Below, piece after piece: positions 12,034-22,444 of a DNA stretch of 64,000 nt; the first letter of the stretch is position 1; each line of letters begins with the position of its first letter. The stretch lies in NCBI GenBank assembly GCA_024704765.1, contig JAKMXF010000004.1:124001-188000 (forward strand), in the 5' to 3' direction. Both the position numbers and the translations under genes were made by a program. The notes beneath the pieces are model-generated. The model was not told the DNA's origin, ran no database searches, and worked only from the letters and a program-made list of their open reading frames with translations. This DNA is from Oopsacas minuta. Taxonomy: Eukaryota > Animalia > Porifera.

Positions 12034-13344
12034 CAGGGTGAGAAATAAGTTTTGTCCCATATGTTTGATGTAGTGTAGTTCCTTATTAAAGAACCAGATT
12101 GAACAGTTATAGTGTAAGATAAGTAACAATGTATATATTTAAAGTATTCAATGGTAATCTGTACATTCTGAAAAAGCTAAAAGATTCTAGAGAAAATGGA
12201 GAAGAATAGGGTGGCTACTGTTAATTTATAATTGCAAAGAAAAAGCCATAAGCAAAATATTGAAGATTCTCAATTTCCCCAGGTCGCGCAGGAAATTGAT
12301 ATATCGTACTATTAAAAGATATAAGGACGCTGGTAGTACCTCAGACAGGCAGAGAAGTGGACGTCCAACATCTTCGACCACTACCCAGAAGAGAAAGGTT
12401 ATCCGTAGTCGGATTCAGCAAAATCCGCAACATTCGATGCGAAAAATGGCGCTAGAACTCAAAATATCAAGATAATCGGTCCGAACAATTGTGAAGAGCG
12501 ATATGGGACTATTTCCTTACAAAAAGAGGAAGGTTCAATTTATTTCGGCACAGATTAAAGAAAAGAGACTAGCCAGGAGCAAGGCCTTACTCGCCCGGCT
12601 CGCAAGTTTTGGCCTTGGTGAAATTATATTCTCGGATGAGAAATTATTCACGGTCGAGCAGGCGTACAATCGTCAAAACGATCGAGTATTGTCCTCTTCT
12701 CCATCTTCCATACCACAAGAGTATCGATGCGTCCAAAGAGTTCAGCATCCCCAGTCAGTGATGTTTAGGGAGGGTGTGTCCGCAAAAGGCGGAAACGCAC
12801 TAGTTTTATTCCACCGGCGCAAAAGTGAACCCTGTAAAGTATCAGGAGCTCGTTTTAGACCTATTAGTGAGAGGAATTGATAAGACCATATCCAATGATC
12901 GTTCATTTGTATTTCAGCAAGACGGTGCGCCACTCCACACAGCGAAGGACAACCAACAGTGGCTACGAAACAATATCCCAGACTTCATCTCCAAGGAGGA
13001 ATGGCCTAATTCCAGCCCAGATCTCAGCCCGATGGACTTCTCGTTGTGGTCGATATTGGAGACAAATGCGTGCGCTACTTCCCACAAGAGTATCAAGTCT
13101 CTAAAAACGTCTTTACCCCGAGAATGGACAAAAATCCCGAAGGAAATTTGCGTGCCGCTGTCGAGTCCGTCCCCAAGCAGCTAAGAGCTGTCATCAAAAA
13201 GAAAGTGGGCTATATCGAACAAATTGAATATATTATGAATCTATATTTAGTTTGCTAAGTTATAGCATGATTTCAAGTCAATATCTTAGTTCATGGTTTA
13301 GTTATAGTGAATTTTAAATGGAACAGAACTTATTTGTTGCCCTG
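12034..13344 (+). mobile_element. maT (DD37D) transposon, degenerate
   Basis: 27-bp TIR (22/27 match), TA TSD. Motifs FSDEKLFTVEQAYNRQNDR and FQQDGAPLH...WPNSSPDLSPMD (37 spacing). Excision restores the integrase frame KQPMSPKLL. Confidence 0.95.
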
Positions 13345-13364
13345 TAGGTTGCTTAGCATTCATA

Positions 13365-14672
13365 CATGGGTTGTTCAATAAATAATGAGACTTTATTCAT
13401 AATTCACATAGTAAACCTATACTTATCATAGTTAATTATCAAATATTTCGATAAATTCCCCCTTTAACTTCATAGATCGTTTCCATCGTTCTGGTAACTT
13501 TTCCAGCCCAGTAGTATAGAATTCTTTCGGGGTCCCTTTTTACTACTGTTTTATTTCAATTCCAGCCGTTTGAATTCCTCAAATATCTTCCCTCGAAGAG
13601 GTCTCTTAATCTCTCCAAACAGCCAGTAGTCTCTGAGAGCCAGGTCTGGACTATACGGGGGATGAAGGAGGCATTCGAATCCTAAGTCTTCAATTGCAGG
13701 CATTGTCTTGGAGCTTAAATGGGGCCTTGCGCTGTCATGTTGCAGCAATACGCCACGTGTCAACTTTCCTCACCTCACACGTTAATCGCTTAACGCAATT
13801 CTTTCAATTCGTCAACGTAGTAATTACTGTTTATGGTTGTCTCTTCAGGCAACCAGTCGAGGTGTATAATTCCTTCCCTATCCCAAAATACTGTTGCCAT
13901 TCTCTTCCCTGCTGATTTTGCGTCCTTTACCTTGATGGGTACAGGTTCATCACGTCTCTTGCACTGCTTCAGTTGAGTTTTGCTCCTGGTTCATAATAAT
14001 GAAACCAAATTTCATCCCCCTTTACTATACGATCCAAAAAGTCTTCCTCTGCCTTGTATCTTGAAAGTAATTCTTTGCTAACTCTGACCCTTTCGTGTTT
14101 TTGTTCTTTTGAAAGAAGTTTTGGAACCCAACGCGCAGTTACCTTCCATATTTCTAGATCTTCAGTGATAATCGAGTCTAGTGTGACTTTTGATTTACCT
14201 ACCCTCTCTCTAACTCTCGCAGGGTTATTCGTCTGTCCGAATCCAAAATTGTTTGGACCCTCTCGATATTACTGCGGGTTTTGAGGAAGTCGGACATCCT
14301 GGACGAGGGTCATCGTGGAGTTCCTCATCGCCATTATCAAAACGTTCGATCCATCTTTATATGGTGGCTTTCGAAGGACATTCATCACCGAATTATTCTG
14401 CATTTCACGAAGAATTTATGAGCCAGTCTTCCCCTTTTTCCACAGGTTCCAAATTATTGGTCATTTTCCTTCTTTGCTAAAATCCATTAGTTGAAAAAAG
14501 TAGCCTCTAAAAATGAAACTTTATACTGAAGAATATGCTAGTAGAGTAAAGAGTATATTGTATAAAAGTTAGACAATCAAATTAGGCTTGTAATCTGATA
14601 TTAGACTTAGAGCTGTATTAATTAGAATATGAATTCGATACATTAGTCTTATTACTTATTGAACAACCCTTG
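13365..14672 (-). mobile_element. mariner (DD34D) transposon, degenerate
   Basis: 27-bp TIR CA(T/A)GGGTTGTTCAATAA(A/G)TAAT(G/A)AGAC, TA TSD. Motifs WVPKLL, RIVKGDEIWFHYYEP, ATVFWD, QHDSARPH, HPPYSPDLA. Confidence 0.95.
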
Positions 14673-15547
14673 TACAATATCGCAGGGCTTGCAATACACT
14701 TGAGTATCTGCTGACATCCCCAACCTATAAACAACCATTTTAAGTTTTCCACAGTTTTTCCCCGTCCCAGATGGCCCGCACACGCCAGATCGTTATGATG
14801 ATATAAAAACATTCCTTTCAAATCATTGGGGCCGACTATTACGTCCCGTGTGATACCAAATCCTTCCACCTCATATCTTCGACATAACTAATCATTGATT
14901 AATTTAAGAGGCGTCCAAATTTGAGAACACAACTGAGGAATATTTTGATTGAACCAGAAGGACATGAATTCTTCGAGAGAAGATTGATAATTATGCTTAA
15001 TAATGGATCGTTCTCTTGACAGGTCTTAATTCGATCATTATCGATGCGAGGACCTATTTCATAGACTAAAGATACTTCATCAGGAACCTTCCTAGACAGA
15101 ACATCTGCATTTACATTCTCTAAGGCACTGCTATACTCCACCATGAAATCAAACTCCTGTAACGCTAACGCTAACGTTAATCTACAAAGCCTACCTTCCA
15201 TCTTTAGGGCAGAGAGCCAACACTGGTTTGTGATCCGTAATAATTTTAAACTTCTGCCCAAGAATATAGTGTCCAAATTGATTCATACCAAACACCAAAG
15301 CTAGACACTCTCTCTCAGTCACGCTATAATTTCTTTCTAACTTTCTCAAATCCTACTAGTATAAGAAATAACATTTCCATCCTGTTCCAATGTGGTTTCA
15401 ACACCAACACCACTCGCAACCGTAAACAAAACAAAATCCTTGTCCAAGGAAGGATAAATCAAAACTGGACTATTCGACTTTTCAGTGACTCAAATGAGCA
15501 TAACAGTCCTTATTTCAAATAAACTGAACAACTTTTCCAACAAACTA

Positions 15548-16878
15548 CAGTCTGTCAACTAATTATTTAGAATTTTTGGGTATATATTTCTACTATGATA
15601 TTAGGAGGAGAAGGTCTTATAATCAAAGGAATACATAAAAATATCATAAAATTTGATAATTAATACTTTCTCCACTCCCCTCTATGATCAGATTACAGCG
15701 AGTCGTTATTGACTTCCAATGTGGAATAAGGAATTCTGGCTCTATGTTGCCCCAAATCTCTTCCAACTTGCATTTTAATTCTGCTATTGTCTTGGGCCCC
15801 TTTTTCACAATTGTTTGCTTCAACCATCCAAATAGGTTTTCTATCGGATTCATATCCGGGCTTTGTGATGGCCATGGCATCTTATTTGGTACATTTTTCT
15901 CGATCCACTGTCTGGTTAATTTTGAAGTATGTTTGGATCGTTATCCATTACCAATCTCCAGTTATTACCATGAAAAACCTCTGCCTGCCTTACTAAATGA
16001 CCTTCCATTATCGAAATAAATAACGGCTATTCATGTTTTCCTTAAATATGCAGAGTGGAAAAACTCCCATAGATGAAAAAGCCGCCCAAACGTTGATTTT
16101 GGGGGAATGTTTTGTTGTTCGCCATAATCTTTTTTCCTCTCTTAGTCCACATTCTTATCCTTCCTCTAGCCAGCCATATCGACATTTCATATACAAAGAT
16201 GATCTTGGCCCAATCTTTAATAGGGTATTTGTACTTTCTAGCCACTTGACACGATAAATTTTGTGCATTTCACTCAACATTGGGGCTAGAGTAGGGTAGA
16301 GTTTAGAGTAGGACATATCTTTCAAACCTCTACGAACTGTTTCGTGTGAGACGTCTGGATCAAGGTTTGAGGCAAGAGATCTCAAAGACATGTGAGTTAT
16401 GTCGAATATGCGCAGCCAAACTCTTTTTAATTGAATTGCAAAGGGTACGAGGTCTACCAGCACCTGCTTTATGCCGGAGGGAAGAACCACTTGAAATTCT
16501 CTTACGGATATTGTATACTGTAGCCAAACTAACAACTGCCATCTTCGATATTTCGATATATGTGAGTTTAGAAAGTACTAACAAGTGGTGCACGGTATCT
16601 CTTTTTCAAAGCTGTGATGTATTTGACATCGTTTCTAAGAACAGTAGCTAGAAAAAGTAATAGAACCAAAAGCATTTAAAAGTATGACGTCATTATGGCA
16701 AGAGGGTCCCAAAAAACTATTTATAAGAAAATTTTTGGTACTTGAGACCAGATGTATGATAAAAATGCAAGACAGTGATATATAAAACGGATATATCTTA
16801 AGAGTACAACTTCAATATAAATGTATGACTTGGTTCTATTATTACTGAGTATACTCTAAATAATTAGTTGACAGACTG
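15548..16878 (-). mobile_element. Tc1 (DD34E) transposon, degenerate
   Basis: Perfect 24-bp TIR CAGTCTGTCAACTAATTATTTAGA, TA TSD. Motifs GAGRPR and MDNDP..H...WPSQSPDMNPIE; frameshifted. Confidence 0.95.
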
Positions 16879-18248
16879 TATATAGGGCCTCTCAAAGTCA
16901 ATTTTGATTCATATAGTCGATGAAAGACTTCTTTTAAATGACTCACATGTGATCCTATATCTGGAGAGGGGACCAAAACATCATAAATAAATACTTCGGC
17001 CGTGTCTATACCTCACAAGACTGCCTCCAGGAGCCTCTCCAAAAAGAAGGTCCATTATATACCCCAAATGGCATGCTTACAAAATTCATACAATCTCGTA
17101 CCGGGCCAAGTGTGAAGGCGGTCTTATATCGATCGTCGAGTTTAATTAACAACTGCCAATAGCCACTATCGAGATCCAATGTTGAAAACACAATGGCACC
17201 AGATAGATAAGATTGCATATCATCTATTAGGGAAGAGGATAAGGATTCTTCACTGTTCGTTTGTTCAACTCACGATAGTCGACACAAATTCGTTAACATT
17301 CATCTCGTTTAATAACATAGTTTGCGAGTGCCACACAAAGACTAGTACTCTCTCTCTGATGATCCCTCGAATAACATAATTTGTATTTGTCTATCCACTT
17401 CTGACTTGTAATGTGCAGGTATTATTCTTGGTGGCACGCGGACTGGTTGACTATCTTCTGTGAAGATCTCATGAAAGGCAGTTTCGGTTCGCCCTGGCGT
17501 GGTAGAAAAATAGATCCTTGTTTTCCAAGACTAAGTCACTCAAGTAAGGTGGATAATTCGGAGTATCATATCTACAATTTTTAGTAAAGTTTGGTGTGCA
17601 GCATTCATCACAGCCATCATCTTGCTTTTGTATATACATATGCGCCACTAATTCGACTATACTAGTCTGATTTTAGTGAATTCGACAATTATATTTAGTT
17701 TTCCTCGTACTACTCTTTAAATCCGAATGTTATTAAACGCTGTGAATTTTTGAATGAGTCTTCCAACTCAGTGTCATTGTGCATCGAGATAATTCCATCA
17801 ACTGGTGATTCAACAGTACCATTGTCGAAATCAAATTTCAAATTATGAGGTGAATGAAAATCTCTGCCCAAGATGACCGGAGTTTTCAATTCAATAATTA
17901 CTGTGGACTCGTGATTTTCCCGCATCGTACCAATTTCTAACCCAAGCAGAACACGTCCAATTACTTTTAGGTCGTTACCTGTTACAGAAAGCATCCGTTT
18001 AGAATAGTTTCTATCAACATCGGTCCTAGTTTTTCTCACTAGATCAGCTACTATCAAAGGCACCGATGATCCGGAATCTAATAATTCTCCCACTTTGTTT
18101 TGCCCAATTAGAACTTCCATGTTACTTAAACATTTTGTCTCGAATGACAGTAAGGTTGAAACCACATAATCTTGAGAATTTAATAGTCCTTGGGTCTGAT
18201 CTGAAGACCGATTGGTGACCAGGCCAACTGGTCCGTTGAAGTTTAAAG

Positions 18249-20692
18249 CAGTGCTTCTCAAACTTTTTTATGTCGCGGTCCAAAAGTTTCTCCATTACAA
18301 TTCCACGGGGCCCTGCTTGTTGGTCTCATTTTTAGTAAATATAATTTGTTTTTATTTTTGTATTATATCAGTGTTAAGTAGTAAGAGGTATATTGTGATA
18401 TAATTATAAGATCAATTATACTAATGAGAACTGTGCGCTTGCATCGATTTGACGAGCTAATCTATCCTCGGTTCGATTGATGAATGTGCCACACGTAGTG
18501 GAGATCTGACATCCAGAGAATTTCTATACTTTGTTTTGATAATGCTCATTGTTGAAAACCCCATCTCTCAAAGGTAAGTGGATGGAACGGGTAGAATTAT
18601 TCTCAGGGCCAACTCACGAAGTTCTGGATATTCGGGTCTAACCTTTATCCAGAATTCAGCGAGTGTTATTTCGGCGTAAAAAAATATTCTTTAATCCTTG
18701 ACCCCCTACCAGGTCTAATAATTTGTCTTCTAAATGAACATTCAACTCTTCCTCCAATTGCAAAAAGGGATTACAGATTCAACCGTTTCCTTCTCTAAGA
18801 TCTTGTTCTCTCGGGAAGTAAAATTCAAAGAGCTCAGCTAGTGATTTCAAATGTTCGGTGATAATATTCGCTAGAAAAGTGACATTAAGTCCATTTTCAC
18901 AATTAATTATTTCCGATAAATTTGGAAACATGTTGTAACAATCTCGAGGGACTGGATGTTGCCATGCAGCTAACATTCTTTTAAACCATGAATCTTGTTA
19001 GCTGTTGCAAAATTAGTTGCAATCCTACCTTGCATTGATCTGTTGAGCTCAGTAAGCATTGAGAATATATCAGACAGATATGCTAGCTTTGTATTCCAGT
19101 TTATATCTTGAATTTTTCAGCCCATTCGAGTTTTTTATCAAGCAGAAATGTTGTTAGTTCGTTTCGGAGCTCAAAAACTTATGATAACACCTTTCCTCTG
19201 GATAACCAACGTACTTCAGCATGTAAGAGCAGTTGTATATGGTCAGCTCCCATCTGATCACACAAGGAAGCGAAGAAGCGAGAATTCAAAGCGTTCGCTT
19301 TTACATGGTTGACAACTTTGACAACTTGACATAGTACATCGTTGAGTTCCTTGGGCATCTTCTTTGTTACTAAGTTTTCTCGATGAGTAAAACAGTATGT
19401 TGACTCGCAATCTGGCGCTACTTCTTTAATTTTTTGCTACAACACCAGAATGTCGTCCTGTCATTGCAGCAGCACCGTCACTACATACACCAACACAAAA
19501 CTGCCAATCTAATCCTGATTGATCAATGATATAGTTATTCAATCCATCAAAATTTGAGAACTAGTGGTATTTGTAGGCAATGATATCAAACATAAATACT
19601 CTTCTTTCACATCACCACAATGTTGAAAGCGAACATATAACAACAAAATCGCCAAATTTGCTACGTCAGTAGATCCATCAAGCTGCAAAGAGTACCATTT
19701 GGCTGATTTTATTTGTTCGATCAGCTGTTCCTCCATGTCCAAGCAAGATCGATCACTCTTCTAGCAACAGTGTTATTTGACAGTGGAACCCGCGCAGTTA
19801 TCTTTGCTGCAGATTCTCCCAACATTTCTCGGCATACATCACCAATACAACCAACCAGAAGTTGTTCGCCAATTATGTATGTTTTTTTTGCCTTTGCGAT
19901 ACGTAAAGATACCTTGTAAGAAGCTCTTAATGCTGAAACATTTGTGTGAGATGAAACATACATTTGTATCTGGCAACCTGTTAATTCGGTGCGCTTTCTC
20001 TTAAATAACTCAACTGATTTTGAGATCAGATCCTTGTACTTCGTTTGTAAATGTCTACTGAGCTTTGAAGGCTTTAAAGCTTCATTGGACAAAACCTCGC
20101 CACATACAAGAGACTGAGGCTTCTGTAATCCATCTTTGAATATAGAAGTAAAACCAAAACGAATGAATGAAATATCGTAGTTACGGATTTTCGTACAACC
20201 TCTTTTGCCCGGTTTGTTGGATTTATCAATTAACTCATCTTCATCAAATCCCGAAATGTCTTGAGAATCTGTATAGAGTCTATTCCTCTTTGTTAGGTAA
20301 GTATCCAATTGTCCTCGCTTTCGTTTGGCCATAAATTTCTTTTTCAACGATAGCAAATTAATAACTAAAATACTAATAGATATTAGCAAAGGTACGATCT
20401 ATTTAAACAATATCAATGGAAGCTCTACCTATTCTTAAAACAAGATGATTGTTTGTATTCAACGCTCTATGTTATTTGTTTGCAGGGTGACATAATCCTA
20501 AATAGCATTCTGGGAAGTGGAATAAGTGTAATTTGTTTACAATTCGAGGAAAGCGAAAGGAATTCAGGTATTAATGTAGAAGTTGTGTGGAATAACTAAA
20601 ACTCTAAATAATAAAATTTCGTAGATCACTTTCCATAGCCATTCCGCGGCCCCTTTGCAACCTCTTCGCGGACCCCAGTTTGAGTACCACTG
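18249..20692 (-). mobile_element. hAT Buster/Charlie transposon (ZBED5/SCAND3-like), degenerate
   Basis: 16-bp TIR CAGTG(C/G)T(T/A)CTCAAACT; perfect TSD gtttaaag (18241-18248, 20693-20700). ORF remnants 20332-18421 (LSNEALKPSKL; WYSLQLDGSTD; HAEVRWLSRGKVL). Excision rejoins gag CPLN to FNGPVG. Confidence 0.97.
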
Positions 20693-21480
20693 GTTTAAAG
20701 GACACCTACTTTGAAGGTGTCCAACTTTCCCGCAACGGAAACAACAATACTGTTGTCTTGAGAAAAGAATTGGCGCGACTTCCTGCAATTTATTGCTATG
20801 TGACTAATAGCTTTAAAATTGAAACGTTTCACTTTGTCACCTCTCATACTCACTTCCCTCTTCTGCCCAACGGCCATTACCGATGAACCTTGTTCAGCTC
20901 TGCCAGCCAGAACACGATCAATTTTTCCTTTACAAATCATCTATTCTACTTACACTATCATGTGCTGCATCAGCATCAGTAATAGATACAACAGATTCTT
21001 CAGCTTCGCTGAGCATCAAAGATTTTACCCTTTTCAATGTTTCCTTGGTATCTTTAACCTCAGGAGACATTCGAATATTTCTATCGTATTGTGATGGCAG
21101 TCCACTGAGAAATCGATTTAGGAGTACTTGTTCGCCTGCGCATATGTCTATTTCCGGAATCGCTTTAGTAAGCAACTGTTTAAGCTAATGCAAAAACTTT
21201 TCCTCGACTCAAATTCGTGTAACACGATAAATCGAGTTTCTGGAAATCGAAAATCTTGTATTACTCCCTGTTTAATCTCTTGGTAATCCCTTTAAATATT
21301 TTCATCCAAATCCAAGTACGCAGCAAACGCTTCTTTATCTAAAAGCGTTGGTCACCCTACAGCCTTTTCCTCATCCTTCCATCCGTTTTGCCAACCCACT
21401 GATTTCTTAGCGTTGCACCAATTCCTCAATGTCGCCATTACCAAATATTCGAGGAGTACTAGTATTATGTTCGACCATAT

Positions 21481-21491
21481 CTCTGCTACCA
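21481..21491 (-). other. Primer-binding site, initiator tRNA-Met
   Basis: TGGTAGCAGAG, 2 nt downstream of the 5' LTR; complementary to the 3' end of animal tRNA-iMet. Confidence 0.9.
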
Positions 21492-21493
21492 AT

Positions 21494-21630
21494 TGTAATA
21501 TAAGTTTAATAGTAGATGCTAGATGCAATAATCTATACAATCTCAAGTACTAGACTATACGTATATAGTACGTTAATCTTCAATGAATTACAGACACTAC
21601 TTAAATATATATTAATTTTCTTACGTTAGA
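21494..21630 (-). repeat. 5' LTR (~137 bp)
   Basis: Homologous to 10855-10981; outer TG is mutated. Confidence 0.88.
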
Positions 21631-21989
21631 AACACTGTGATCAAGCTATAACACCAATTCACTACCTAGCAAATATTCTAAAGCCAAGATATATGGGGCA
21701 AAAATTGACATGCGAACAAGAGGAAGCTAGTAGAATACTTGTTGACCTATGTCCCTCCTTATTACCACAACACCATCAAGCTAAAATAGAACTAGAGTGC
21801 TAGTTACTAACAGACTCAGACTTACAATATTCAACAAGTGTTAATTTATAGATTGCAGCTATTAAACATAAATATCTGTTCATGAAAATTGAATGTCCAG
21901 TTTCATCCACCAATGGAGTTTATTCCAGGGTGGTTTAAACCTGGTTTACTCCTAGAATTTGGCCATATGGATGAAGCTTGCCAACCCTG

Positions 21990-22249
21990 ATCTAGTAATC
22001 TCTAATTTTGTTAAGTACACATCTAGTATATCTTCAAAGAGGTAAGTACCAGCGCTCGACAAAATTGAAATCCCATGGTGGCTAACTTAGCCACCACCTG
22101 GCATATTAAGCCCAAATCCACTTTTCTTTCGTGGCTTAAGGAAATTTATTGTGGCTATAGCTACCAAACCACCGGATTTGGCGAGCACTGTTAAGTACCC
22201 ATTTAGTAAGTCTTCAATGAGGTTAAATCCCATCTTCTGAATCTCCAAT
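21990..22249. repeat. ~32-bp minisatellite, left block (about 4 units, interrupted)
   Basis: Units resembling gttaagtacccatctagtaaatcttcaatgag; same unit as 26845-27000. Confidence 0.85.
22050..22190. mobile_element. 141-bp hAT-type MITE
   Basis: 14-bp TIR CAG(C/T)GCTCG(A/C)CAAA; 8-bp TSD gtaagtac/ttaagtac. Confidence 0.85.
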
Positions 22250-22444
22250 CAGGCACGGATCAACGGTGGGTGCGGGGGTTACGCACTCCCCAACTTTTCA
22301 TGAGATTCCATAGGGTGTGTAAAATTATTTGTCAACATTCGTATTTTCATATTTTCTACTTACGTCAATTTCAATCACAACGTGTTCAGTCATATCAGCT
22401 TAATGAAATGAACGTCTTTAAAATTTCTTTTTCACTCCACTATC

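Larger units (their letters stand above)
11001..21478 (-). pseudogene. gag-pol, interrupted and degenerate
   Basis: Gag FGNGDIEE...ANGWKDEEK; knuckle CFRCGKVGHLQSRC; protease LLDSGSS; RT RICVDYRELN, FSTLDLDSGYWQ, MPFG; RNase H NYSVTERECLA, ITDHKP, NADVLSR; integrase GHLG...CKPC, IVVDIM, LHSDQG; stop at 11001-11003. Confidence 0.92.
10855..21630 (-). mobile_element. Gypsy/Ty3 LTR retrotransposon, structurally complete, ~4.4 kb after removing four nested insertions
   Basis: Two homologous LTRs, PBS, PPT and a 4-bp TSD aacg/aaca that restores the host hAT frame. Domain order on the minus strand is gag, Zn knuckles, protease, RT, RNase H, integrase. Confidence 0.95.
9900..21989 (+). mobile_element. 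Old hAT transposon remnant split by the Gypsy insertion
   Basis: About 9930-10854 encodes YYACNLPFNLPEH...PGYFPPSR...GCNVVAVVTDN...CASHFLNLIAKD...PQLP. It resumes after 21631 as (QQR/H)CDQAITPIHYLANILKPRYMGQKL. Right terminus ttgccaaccctg at 21978-21989. Left end not found. Confidence 0.8.
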
